Assembly: GCA_963833125.1 (NCBI GenBank)
Contig: CAWHWX010000028.1
Coordinates: forward strand, 64,001 to 128,000
Length of the DNA: 64,000 nucleotides
Source: Candidatus Bathyarchaeota archaeon
GTDB lineage: Archaea; Thermoproteota; Bathyarchaeia; 40CM-2-53-6
Direction: 5' to 3'
Each line of letters opens with the position of its first letter. Within the stretch, counting starts at the first letter, position 1. Below the pieces are notes generated by a model, which worked only from the letters and a program-made list of their open reading frames with translations, did no database searches and was not told where the DNA came from. The position numbers were made by a program, and so were the translations under genes. Below, in pieces: positions 29,667-41,051 of the stretch.

Positions 29667-31088
29667 ATGTCGAAGGATACTCGGACCGAGCATGATTCAC
29701 TCGGCGCAGTCGAAGTCCCGGTTGAGGCGTATTATGGCCCAGAAACCGCCAGGGCGATTCAGAACTTTCCTATCAGTGGCATGAGACCCCTTCCAGACCT
29801 CGTCCGTGCCACAGTTCTCGTCAAAAAGGCTGCTGTTGAAGCACACGTTTCGCTTGGATTATTGAACGATAGGATTGGAAGGGCGATCGTCTCTGCGGCG
29901 GACGAGGTTTTTCAGGGGAAATTCATGGATCAGTTTGTTCTCGATGTATTCCAGGCGGGAGCTGGCACATCACACAACATGAACGCGAACGAGGTTCTGG
30001 CCAATCGAGCAATCGAACTCCTAGGAGGCCGCAGGGGAGACTACAAGCTCGTGAGCCCGCATGACCACGTGAACATAGGGCAGTCGACAAATGACGCATA
30101 CCCAACATTCATACGAGTTGCGAGCATATTACTCGCTAAGCCGTTGATCGATGCCATAACGGCGTTAAAAGATTCCTTAGCTGAAAAGGCGAAGCAATTT
30201 GACCACGTGGTAAAATCGGGCCGAACTCATCTGCAGGATGCGTCTGCGATTCGCCTCGGTCAAGAGTTCGACGCTTGGGCAGCTATAGTCGGAGATGACC
30301 TCAAAACTATCGAGGCATCGTTAGACAAGATTTTAGAACTCAATTTAGGCGGCACTGCTGTCGGGACGGGTCTGAACGCTGATCCTCGCTATGTTCAGTT
30401 AGCAGTTGAGAACCTTAGCAAGTATACGGGATTCAAGTTCAGAGTTGCGCGTAATTTCGCGGCACTGATGCAATCGATGGCTGACTTCATCAACTTATCC
30501 GGTGCGTTACGGACATTGAGCTTGGACCTTACGAAAATTGCGAACGATATTCGCTTGCTGAGTTCAGGACCGACAACGGGCATTGGTGAGATCACCTTAC
30601 CTGCAGTTCAACCTGGATCATCGATTATGCCCGGAAAGGTGAATCCGTCCATTGCTGAGATGCTGAACATGGTGTGCTTCGAAGTGATCGGGAACGACTT
30701 CACAGCAATGATGGCTGCACAGGCTGGGCAACTCGAACTCAACGTGATGATGCCTGTGATAGCCCACGATCTAACTCAATCACTCCTCATACTAACAAAT
30801 GGAATCAACGTGTTCACCAACCGACTTGTCAAAGGCATAGAGGCCAACGAGAAGAGATGCAGGGAATTGTTCGAGAAAAGCGCGGGCATCGCCTTAGCGC
30901 TAAACCCGTTCATCGGTTACGAGAAAGCAGCGGAGGTGGCTAAGGAGGCCCTTAAGAGGAATGTCTCTCTGCGGCAGGTGGTTTTGGAGAAGGGCCTTCT
31001 TTCAGAGGCGCAGTTAGAGGAAATTTTGGATCCACGCTCTATGACAACGCCGGGAGTTCACGGTAAAGAAAAGGGAAAAGGAAAGTAG
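29667..31088 (+). CDS. Aspartate ammonia-lyase / class II fumarase family lyase
   Basis: QAGAGTSHNMNANE, GQSTND, GRTHLQDA, GSSIMPGKVNP. ATG at 29667 preferred as start. Confidence 0.93.
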   Translation: MSKDTRTEHDSLGAVEVPVEAYYGPETARAIQNFPISGMRPLPDLVRATVLVKKAAVEAHVSLGLLNDRIGRAIVSAADEVFQGKFMDQFVLDVFQAGAGTSHNMNANEVLANRAIELLGGRRGDYKLVSPHDHVNIGQSTNDAYPTFIRVASILLAKPLIDAITALKDSLAEKAKQFDHVVKSGRTHLQDASAIRLGQEFDAWAAIVGDDLKTIEASLDKILELNLGGTAVGTGLNADPRYVQLAVENLSKYTGFKFRVARNFAALMQSMADFINLSGALRTLSLDLTKIANDIRLLSSGPTTGIGEITLPAVQPGSSIMPGKVNPSIAEMLNMVCFEVIGNDFTAMMAAQAGQLELNVMMPVIAHDLTQSLLILTNGINVFTNRLVKGIEANEKRCRELFEKSAGIALALNPFIGYEKAAEVAKEALKRNVSLRQVVLEKGLLSEAQLEEILDPRSMTTPGVHGKEKGKGK

Positions 31089-31094
31089 GGGATT

Positions 31095-33870
<2,776 letters not shown>

Positions 33871-33999
33871 TTCTCATACCTTCCGTTAGCGTTGCTCCAT
33901 CCGACCCCGCTATTAGGTTTACGAGACCTAAAACCACTACCTCGAATACTTCTGGGTAACGGTTCATTTGGCTCTGATATGACATACATCAACTGCCGG

Positions 34000-34428
34000 T
34001 TAGACATCGCCTATAGCCTGTAGGACAACATCTCGTCGTGACCTGGGTCCGTCCAACTCGACGAAGAAAATATTTTGCCAAGTCCCTCGGATGATTTTGT
34101 GGTTCATGATCGGAAAGGTCTTCGCATGTCCTAGGAACGCTGATGCGAGATGCGAATCAGCATTATCATCTATTGCGTTATGGGAGTACGCCGCAGATTT
34201 TGGGAACAACGTTTCAATTTTGTGCAGCAAATCATCAAGTAACCCTGTCTCATGTTCATTCGCGATTATCGCAGCTGTTGCATGAGGGACGCTGACCATG
34301 CAAATTCCATCTCTTACACCCGACTCGCGTACAAATAATTCCACATCAGACGTAAGATCGATTAACTGCCTTCTTCCCGAGGATTTCAGAGTCAGCACTT
34401 TGTTTACAACCACCAACCCATCACACAT
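34000..34428 (-). CDS. yjbQ: YjbQ/UPF0047 family protein
   Basis: PHATAA..NE, DNADSHL, GTWQNIFFVELDGPR. Confidence 0.92.
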   Translation of the reverse strand: MCDGLVVVNKVLTLKSSGRRQLIDLTSDVELFVRESGVRDGICMVSVPHATAAIIANEHETGLLDDLLHKIETLFPKSAAYSHNAIDDNADSHLASAFLGHAKTFPIMNHKIIRGTWQNIFFVELDGPRSRRDVVLQAIGDV

Positions 34429-34570
34429 CCCTCGGCACCAAGACGACTAAGTCAGCGATAATCATACCGAAATCGACAAATACGCAGCATGAGAATGGAA
34501 GGGTTAGGCAAACGACCCGACAGGTAACTCTACGTAAGAAAACATTGCTCGACTAGGAGGTGACAGATGC

Positions 34571-34903
34571 TTGGCACAGGATGAGAGCTCTTCCGGCGCG
34601 AAGGAGCCGATGCACGCAAGGGAACCTATCCCACCAGATACAATTTTGATCGGTAAGAAACCGATTATGGCTTACGCGACAGCGATAATGATGCATTTGC
34701 AGACCGGAGCGAAGACACTTACAGTAAAGGCGAGAGGACGAGCCATTAGCACGGCAGTCGATGTTGTTGAAGTCACCCGCAGAAGATTCTTCGCTGGAAA
34801 ACTGGCAATCAGGGAGATCAGCATCGGCACTCAGGTAATAGGTGAAGCCGGAGACTCAAGGAACGTTTCGACAATCGAAATCAAACTGGAGAAGACCGGT
34901 TAA
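34571..34903 (+). CDS. albA: DNA/RNA-binding protein Alba
   Basis: IGKKPIMAY, KARGRAISTAVDV, RNVSTIEI. Confidence 0.95.
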   Translation: MAQDESSSGAKEPMHAREPIPPDTILIGKKPIMAYATAIMMHLQTGAKTLTVKARGRAISTAVDVVEVTRRRFFAGKLAIREISIGTQVIGEAGDSRNVSTIEIKLEKTG

Positions 34904-35232
34904 ACCGCATCGCGCGGCACTCCGATTGGCGTAACCCCCCCAGCTTTTGTTTACATCTGGGTATTCTCAGGTCGAATTCCGAAGGTTAGTCGGTTCGCTG
35001 AAGGGTTTTTGGTAATCAACGAACTCAACACTTAGGATTAGTGTTTCCAACGAGCGTATTCTTCCCTACACTGCGTGGAATCAGAATAGCGAGCTCTTCG
35101 AGATCGTCAATGATGATTGTGAGAAATCGGTTTCGATGACTCACCTATTCTTGACAGTTTTCTTTAATGAAATTTGAATAGTATTCGTTCGAGTACGCAG
35201 AACAAACACCGGGAATTGTTGCAAGCACAAAA

Positions 35233-35889
35233 GTGGAGAATGAACGAATGGACCACAGTTTCCTAAACGACTGGGATACAGAGTCAAGAGAGCCAGTAAT
35301 CTCGAAAGTTGGAGCTCATTTCCACCATAAGGTATCAACGAAAGAACAAGTTTCTTCGGCGCTCTACAGGCTCAAAACTCAACAAAACAAACTGGAATCA
35401 GCAGCTGTTAGAATGCAGCAACATGACAAGGAAATTTTCAATAAATGTGTCAGTTCCCAACTCACCCATGATACTGCACGAGCAGCAATGTACGCGAACG
35501 AGTGCGCAGAAGTGCGAAAGATGGCGAAAGTGACTTTACAATGCCAAATGGCGCTTGAACAGGTATCACTTCGACTAGAAACGATCGAAGAGTTCGGCGA
35601 CGTCGCTCGAATGATGCTTCCCGTAGCCAACGTGGTGCACTCGATCAAGAACCAGATCTCAGGCGTAATGCCTGAAGTTGGCTTTGAACTTGGCCAAATT
35701 GGCGAAGTACTCAGCGGCGTAGTAGACGACACAGGTGAAGTCACAGGATCTGCATATGATACCGCCGCTCCCACCGAGGAAGCCAACAGAATTCTAGGAG
35801 AGGCCAGCACGATCGCTGACCAACACATCAGAGACAAATTCCCGGAACTGCCAACCCAGAGAATAGGTGAACACGGAATCTCACAATAG
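35233..35889 (+). CDS. ESCRT-III (Snf7/CdvB paralog) without C-terminal wH domain
   Basis: RAAMYANECAEVRKMAK, LEQVSLRLET, FPELP tail. Confidence 0.92.
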   Translation: MENERMDHSFLNDWDTESREPVISKVGAHFHHKVSTKEQVSSALYRLKTQQNKLESAAVRMQQHDKEIFNKCVSSQLTHDTARAAMYANECAEVRKMAKVTLQCQMALEQVSLRLETIEEFGDVARMMLPVANVVHSIKNQISGVMPEVGFELGQIGEVLSGVVDDTGEVTGSAYDTAAPTEEANRILGEASTIADQHIRDKFPELPTQRIGEHGISQ

Positions 35890-35901
35890 GATAGGGTTAG
35901 G

Positions 35902-36585
35902 ATGAGTATCACTGTAGAAGAAATCGGCAAGTACCTCGGGCAATCGGTTCAAGATATGATGGGCCGACCTACAGGAAAACTGGTCGGTCTTACAGCCGAC
36001 GTCAAGAATGACGTCCAATCTATTCAAATAGCCCGAACTGAGGGCGACGTCACTGAACACGCAATCAACTTCGTTAGGATCATTGACGGACATCCTATTC
36101 TCCTACAAGCGTGGCGCATCGAGGCCGAGGATCTGAAGAAAGAACATGACATCATAAAACGCAGACGACAAGCAATTGACTTACTACTCAAGGACGGAGA
36201 CATCGACCAATCCGAGTACAATCAGTTACGCAGTGGCTACGAGGACATCCACAAAGACATCATTACAAAACGTGACAGCCTTGTAGAGACATTGACAAAC
36301 ACTGAAACGAAACTGGACCAACAGATCAAGGACCTAGAAACCGCATTAACCAATAACAAAATGCTCTACACAGTTGCCGAAATCGACGCAAGCACATATC
36401 AGACAGTAACGGAATCCGTACGAGCAGGCCTAGAAATTTCAAGGAAAGAAAGAAAGGACCTAGATAACACCCGCGAATCTCTGCACGACATAGGCTCGCT
36501 AGAAACTCCACAGATACCGAATCAATCCTCGGCCCCGAATTACATCCCTGACGTCGTCGTAATCAAAATGCGCGAATCAGCTTAA
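35902..36585 (+). CDS. cdvA: Cell division protein CdvA
   Basis: N-terminal PRC-like YLGQSVQDMMGRPTGK, a long coiled coil and a C-terminal beta peptide (VVVIKM); upstream of cdvB-cdvC. Confidence 0.88.
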   Translation: MSITVEEIGKYLGQSVQDMMGRPTGKLVGLTADVKNDVQSIQIARTEGDVTEHAINFVRIIDGHPILLQAWRIEAEDLKKEHDIIKRRRQAIDLLLKDGDIDQSEYNQLRSGYEDIHKDIITKRDSLVETLTNTETKLDQQIKDLETALTNNKMLYTVAEIDASTYQTVTESVRAGLEISRKERKDLDNTRESLHDIGSLETPQIPNQSSAPNYIPDVVVIKMRESA

Positions 36586-36596
36586 GCAACGGGGAT

Positions 36597-37391
36597 GTGA
36601 CTGCCTTCTCTATCTTCAGGAGAGTTGAAGACAAACTGCACCCTGTGCCCTTGAAGGAGCGAATCGTACACGCTTCATTCAGGCTTCACGCACAGCTAGA
36701 GAAACTAGACCACATGTACGCTAAACTCCACCAACGAGATACTGACCTTTTTCAACGGTGCGTTGGGGCCCAGGCTTCAAACGACCCCGGACACGCGAAA
36801 ATTTACGCTAACGAGTGTGCGGAAATCCGGAAGATTGCAAAAGTGGTACTCTCAAGCCAACTTGCGCTTGAGAGAGTAATCCTCCGACTGGAAACGGTTG
36901 GGGAATTCAGTGAGGTCATGGTGGAAATAAGTCCACTCATGTCCATTGTGAAGGAAACAAAATCGAAGATCTCTGGCATAGTTCCGCAGGTTGCGACAGA
37001 GCTCGACGAAGTGAACAACCTGCTCGGAGATTTGACGGATGAGGCTGGCGACGTCTCGACTAATAATTTCACGATAGAGACTAACGATGACGAAGCGAGG
37101 AAGGTCCTTGAGGAAACCGGCCTAATTGCGGAGCAAAAAGTTCGTGACCATTTCCCCGACCTATCAGCAATCGAATCCAGTCCACCAGCAAAGATGGATG
37201 CCATTCCGGAATTCGCAACAACGATTCCCGATATGGAGGCTGGAATCGAAGATAGAGTCTACGATTATGCACGGAAACACAACGGTGAGCTGAGCATACA
37301 TTCTTGTGCACAAGATATTGGTAAATCTCCTGAAGAAGTGAAAACCGCTATTCAAAGGCTGAGGGACACAGGGAAGGTCGCACTCGAATAG
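36597..37391 (+). CDS. cdvB: Cell division protein CdvB (ESCRT-III with C-terminal winged helix)
   Basis: YANECAEIRK, LERVILRLET; C-terminal VYDYARKHNGELSIHSCAQDIG..AIQRL. Confidence 0.92.
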   Translation: MTAFSIFRRVEDKLHPVPLKERIVHASFRLHAQLEKLDHMYAKLHQRDTDLFQRCVGAQASNDPGHAKIYANECAEIRKIAKVVLSSQLALERVILRLETVGEFSEVMVEISPLMSIVKETKSKISGIVPQVATELDEVNNLLGDLTDEAGDVSTNNFTIETNDDEARKVLEETGLIAEQKVRDHFPDLSAIESSPPAKMDAIPEFATTIPDMEAGIEDRVYDYARKHNGELSIHSCAQDIGKSPEEVKTAIQRLRDTGKVALE

Positions 37392-37411
37392 CCGAGCGAA
37401 GTGATCGTCTC

Positions 37412-38554
37412 ATGCAGGTCTCGGCATCTCAAGAACTCGAACTAATGGCAGCTAAGTTTGCGAACGAAGCTGTACAGTTTGATAGGCAAGGCGTGCGGTC
37501 TAATGCCATCTCACGTTACGAACGCACTACTGAGATTCTGCTGAAACTATGCAGCCTGTATCCCGAGGCCCCCCAAAATAAGCTCTACATGCAACAAGTT
37601 GAGAACTGCAAGCGTAGAGTGAAGGAGCTCAAAAACGGAGACGTTCCGCTAGACGAGAGAGATAGCTCCCAAGCTAAGATTCAACCAAAGCTAGAACAAT
37701 TGATACTTACTGAGAAGCCGGATGTAAAGTGGAGCGAAATAGCGAACTTACACGACGCTAAGAAAGCAATAGAAGAATCAATAGTCTTCCCGTTACGACG
37801 CGCCGACCTCTTTCCACTCGGTTGGCCAAGAGGAATTCTGTTCTTCGGACCGCCGGGTTGTGGCAAGACACTACTAGCCGCAGCGATAGCTACCGAGATT
37901 GACGCTGTATTCTACAGTGTAGACGCCCCGGCAATAATGTCAAAGTGGTTGGGTGAATCTGAAAAGAACGTGTCGGGTCTTTTCGCGTCCGCTCATAGAA
38001 GCGCCGCTGATGGTCACCCAGTAATCATATTCATTGACGAAGTAGATTCGCTCGTGGGAATCAGAGGCGACGAGGTAGGGGGCGAAGTTAGAACCCGAAA
38101 CCAGTTCCTTCAGGAAATGGATAGCATCCTCGACAAAAAGAACCCGAGCCATGTCTACATTATAGGTGCAACAAACAAGCCCTGGGCTCTAGACGATCCG
38201 TTCATTCGCAGATTCCAGAAACGAATCTACGTTCCTTTGCCAGGTCCAGAAGCGAGGCGGGAAATGTTCGACATTTACGCTAAGAACCTGAAGCTTGCCA
38301 GAGATGTTGATCGGGAACTTGTCGTCGAGAAGACGAACGGGTATTCAGGGAGCGATTTGCGTGATATATTCCAGGGAGCTCAGACTCGGGTCGTCCGAGA
38401 GTTTTTCGAAAATGATGCTCTCGGAACTAAAGGTCAGGCCCGTCACATAACGATGGACGACTTTAGGGAGATCCTAATGAGACGCAAGCCAAGTGTCTCA
38501 CCGCAAATGCTCGGTTTGTATGATAAGTGGTTTGAAACTTACAAAGCGCTTTGA
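37412..38554 (+). CDS. cdvC: Vps4-like AAA+ ATPase CdvC
   Basis: N-terminal MIT domain, GPPGCGKT, SKWLGESEK, IFIDEVD, ATNKPW, RRF. Confidence 0.95.
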   Translation: MQVSASQELELMAAKFANEAVQFDRQGVRSNAISRYERTTEILLKLCSLYPEAPQNKLYMQQVENCKRRVKELKNGDVPLDERDSSQAKIQPKLEQLILTEKPDVKWSEIANLHDAKKAIEESIVFPLRRADLFPLGWPRGILFFGPPGCGKTLLAAAIATEIDAVFYSVDAPAIMSKWLGESEKNVSGLFASAHRSAADGHPVIIFIDEVDSLVGIRGDEVGGEVRTRNQFLQEMDSILDKKNPSHVYIIGATNKPWALDDPFIRRFQKRIYVPLPGPEARREMFDIYAKNLKLARDVDRELVVEKTNGYSGSDLRDIFQGAQTRVVREFFENDALGTKGQARHITMDDFREILMRRKPSVSPQMLGLYDKWFETYKAL

Positions 38555-38568
38555 GGAGAAAATAAAGA

Positions 38569-39066
38569 ATGTTAGATGCAATAGACTACAAGATCTTGGC
38601 GGAACTGGTCGACAATTCGAAGTCGTCGTTCGCTGAGATTGGCCGCAAGTTGAGCCTTCACCCAAACGTAGTAGCCTACAGAGTGAACAAGCTCGAAAGA
38701 AGTGGCGTAATCAAGGATTACACCGCTGGCTTAGATCTTGAGAAACTAGGAGTCGCCGAACAGATTCTCGTAGGGGCAAGCTTTCCACGCGAGGCTGGCC
38801 GCGACGACATAATCGACAAGATCGCAGCCATCCCGCAAACAGTCAAAGTTGTGAGCTCTCTCGGTGAACCTGAAAGCCTTGTTTTCCTAGTCGGAAAGAA
38901 CAAGACCGAGATAGAGAAATTGATGACCAAACTCAGGTCCTTGGACATTAAAATTCAGTACACGGGTTCGATAATACGAACCTTTGAGGAAGGCAGACTG
39001 GGGAACTTCCTCAAAATTCTCGCTCGTGAACACGAGACAGCGGAAATTCAGAACAGAACATTATGA
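38569..39066 (+). CDS. Lrp/AsnC family transcriptional regulator
   Basis: LDAIDYKILAEL..SFAEIGRKL..RVNKLERSGVIKDY. Confidence 0.9.
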   Translation: MLDAIDYKILAELVDNSKSSFAEIGRKLSLHPNVVAYRVNKLERSGVIKDYTAGLDLEKLGVAEQILVGASFPREAGRDDIIDKIAAIPQTVKVVSSLGEPESLVFLVGKNKTEIEKLMTKLRSLDIKIQYTGSIIRTFEEGRLGNFLKILAREHETAEIQNRTL

Positions 39067-39082
39067 AGGGGTGATAGATAGA

Positions 39083-39688
39083 ATGTTCAAAGAAAGAACA
39101 CCATTATCCAAGAAGATTAGGGAGGCTATACGACCCACACCAATGAAGAGACGCATAAGCGAATGCCTCTTCAAACTGAAGATGCAAGAACGAAAACTTG
39201 AGAGAACCTCATACCACATGCAACAACACGACCAAGCACTCTACGGCAAGTGCGTCCTTGCAGTCCAGGGCAAGAACACCGAACTCGCATCCATGTACGC
39301 CAACGAATGCGCAGAGCTAAGGAAGATGGCTAAGGTAGTATTACACAGCGAACTCGCATTAGAGCAAGTAACTCTTAGACTGGAAACCGTGAACGAATTC
39401 GGCCAGGTCGCATACACCATGCTACCAGTCGTCGGTGTCGTGAGGACTTTGAAAACACAATTGGAAGGAGTACTACCTGAAGTTTCAATGGAACTATCAC
39501 AGGTAAACGAAACATTAGAAGGGCTAACAGTGGAAGTCGGCGAGGCAACTGAAAACACCTTCGACATGTCGGCTTCAAGTGGAGAATCGCAGAAAATACT
39601 TCAGGAAGCAAATTTCGTTGCCGAGCAAAAGATGAAGGAGAGATTCCCGGAGCTCCCGCCAATACCTACCAGCGAAGCACGCGTCTAA
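39083..39688 (+). CDS. ESCRT-III (Snf7/CdvB paralog)
   Basis: ASMYANECAELRKMAK, LEQVTLRLET, FPELPP. ATG 39083 follows a GGGGTG RBS. Confidence 0.92.
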   Translation: MFKERTPLSKKIREAIRPTPMKRRISECLFKLKMQERKLERTSYHMQQHDQALYGKCVLAVQGKNTELASMYANECAELRKMAKVVLHSELALEQVTLRLETVNEFGQVAYTMLPVVGVVRTLKTQLEGVLPEVSMELSQVNETLEGLTVEVGEATENTFDMSASSGESQKILQEANFVAEQKMKERFPELPPIPTSEARV

Positions 39689-39745
39689 CTTTACTTCAGA
39701 AACTCCTCCCTTTCGCCCTTTTCTATTATTTTTCGGGTACCGAAC

Positions 39746-41047
39746 TTATGACGGTATTCTCTGAAACGGAAACATGAAGATGAAAATGTAGACTACCACA
39801 GCCAAGTAGAAAATCACTACGATCTTTGGGAGCTTGGTATCGGCTATCATATACGCGATCGCAGCGCAGATGGCCGGCACGGCGGGGAGGAAGTAGAATA
39901 GGTATGTAACTCGTTGTCCAAAGATTACTGCGGGGTAGAAGGGAAGGTAGGTTAAGGAAAACAATGCTATTGCGACAAGGCTAAGGTCGTCGCGTCTTTG
40001 ATAGTAGTTGTAGGAGCAATACAGTAGAGCAGGAATCGTCAAGAACGAGATTGCTGGGTTCATGGCGCCGAGGAAGCTCACTGAAACGTAACTGCTGCTC
40101 GTTCCTCCAGAGCTTTGTTGAACGCTTACCCTCAGGTATGGAATGGTAAGTTGATTCAATAGCCACTGCCACGGGCAACTCACGATTCCGCTTGGGCAGG
40201 ATGAGGTGAGTGCTGCTGAGTAATCGAGTATGTATTTGATGTGATCGAGGGGATTGGAGAAACCGACGAAGTATCGGTCCATTATTGTCAGTAGAATGAT
40301 GAAGACGATAGCGTATGTCGCGGTGTATTTCTCAAACCAGGAGAAGAAATCTCCCCACTTCTTTCTCTTCGTCGGATCATTCACGAATCTGACCAAGTGG
40401 ATGCCGATAATCAGCGCAAACCCCGCGAGTCCTGTTTCCTTGCTCAACGCGCTTAGTACCATTCCTACTGCGCTGAGGTACGGGTGACCCGCAAAATACC
40501 AGTAGATGCCCAGCAGCATGAATCCTACGGCAAAGATATCCAAGACCGCGATTCTGCTGTGAACGAAAGCCAAGTTATCGAAGGAGAAGAGGAATACGGA
40601 AATTATTGGGATGGCCTCTTGCTTCGATACCTTCTTCATTAGAAGGTAGAGTGCCAGAATCGATATCGAGCCGAAGATTACGCTGGGAATCCGCCACCCA
40701 AATCCATTGTTGCCTATAATCGACATTGAGAGAGCAATCAACAACTTGGCCAATGGCATATGTTCGTGGTTAGGGTCGAGGCCTTGTGGAACGTTGACGT
40801 AGGGTGGCTGTCCGTTTGCCCCTACACTTTGAGGGATGTGCAAAATGACTCGGGCGACGTTTACGTAGTACCATTCATCGAAGACCAAGGATCCTGGTGG
40901 TCTATCCAACCATATGACACGTAAGATGATATCGACGATGAAGAGAATTAGGAAGAGACGGTCGTAGAAGTTGCCTAGGCTCAGGTCTAGGTGGAGATAG
41001 CTTCTGATGTCGGGCCAAGTGATTTTTGGAGAGGATTTAATGGACAA
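39746..41047 (-). CDS. GT-C (GT39/PMT-like) lipid-carrier-dependent glycosyltransferase
   Basis: VFDEWYYV, EHMPLAKL, FGWRIPS, SRIAVLD, PWQW, YLFYFLP; multiple TM helices. Confidence 0.88.
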   Translation of the reverse strand: MSIKSSPKITWPDIRSYLHLDLSLGNFYDRLFLILFIVDIILRVIWLDRPPGSLVFDEWYYVNVARVILHIPQSVGANGQPPYVNVPQGLDPNHEHMPLAKLLIALSMSIIGNNGFGWRIPSVIFGSISILALYLLMKKVSKQEAIPIISVFLFSFDNLAFVHSRIAVLDIFAVGFMLLGIYWYFAGHPYLSAVGMVLSALSKETGLAGFALIIGIHLVRFVNDPTKRKKWGDFFSWFEKYTATYAIVFIILLTIMDRYFVGFSNPLDHIKYILDYSAALTSSCPSGIVSCPWQWLLNQLTIPYLRVSVQQSSGGTSSSYVSVSFLGAMNPAISFLTIPALLYCSYNYYQRRDDLSLVAIALFSLTYLPFYPAVIFGQRVTYLFYFLPAVPAICAAIAYMIADTKLPKIVVIFYLAVVVYIFIFMFPFQRIPS

Positions 41048-41051
41048 TCGT

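Noticed and set aside
35110-35154. ATGATGA...TTGA as a C/D box sRNA upstream of the cdv locus
   Set aside because: No CTGA D or D' boxes at the expected spacing.
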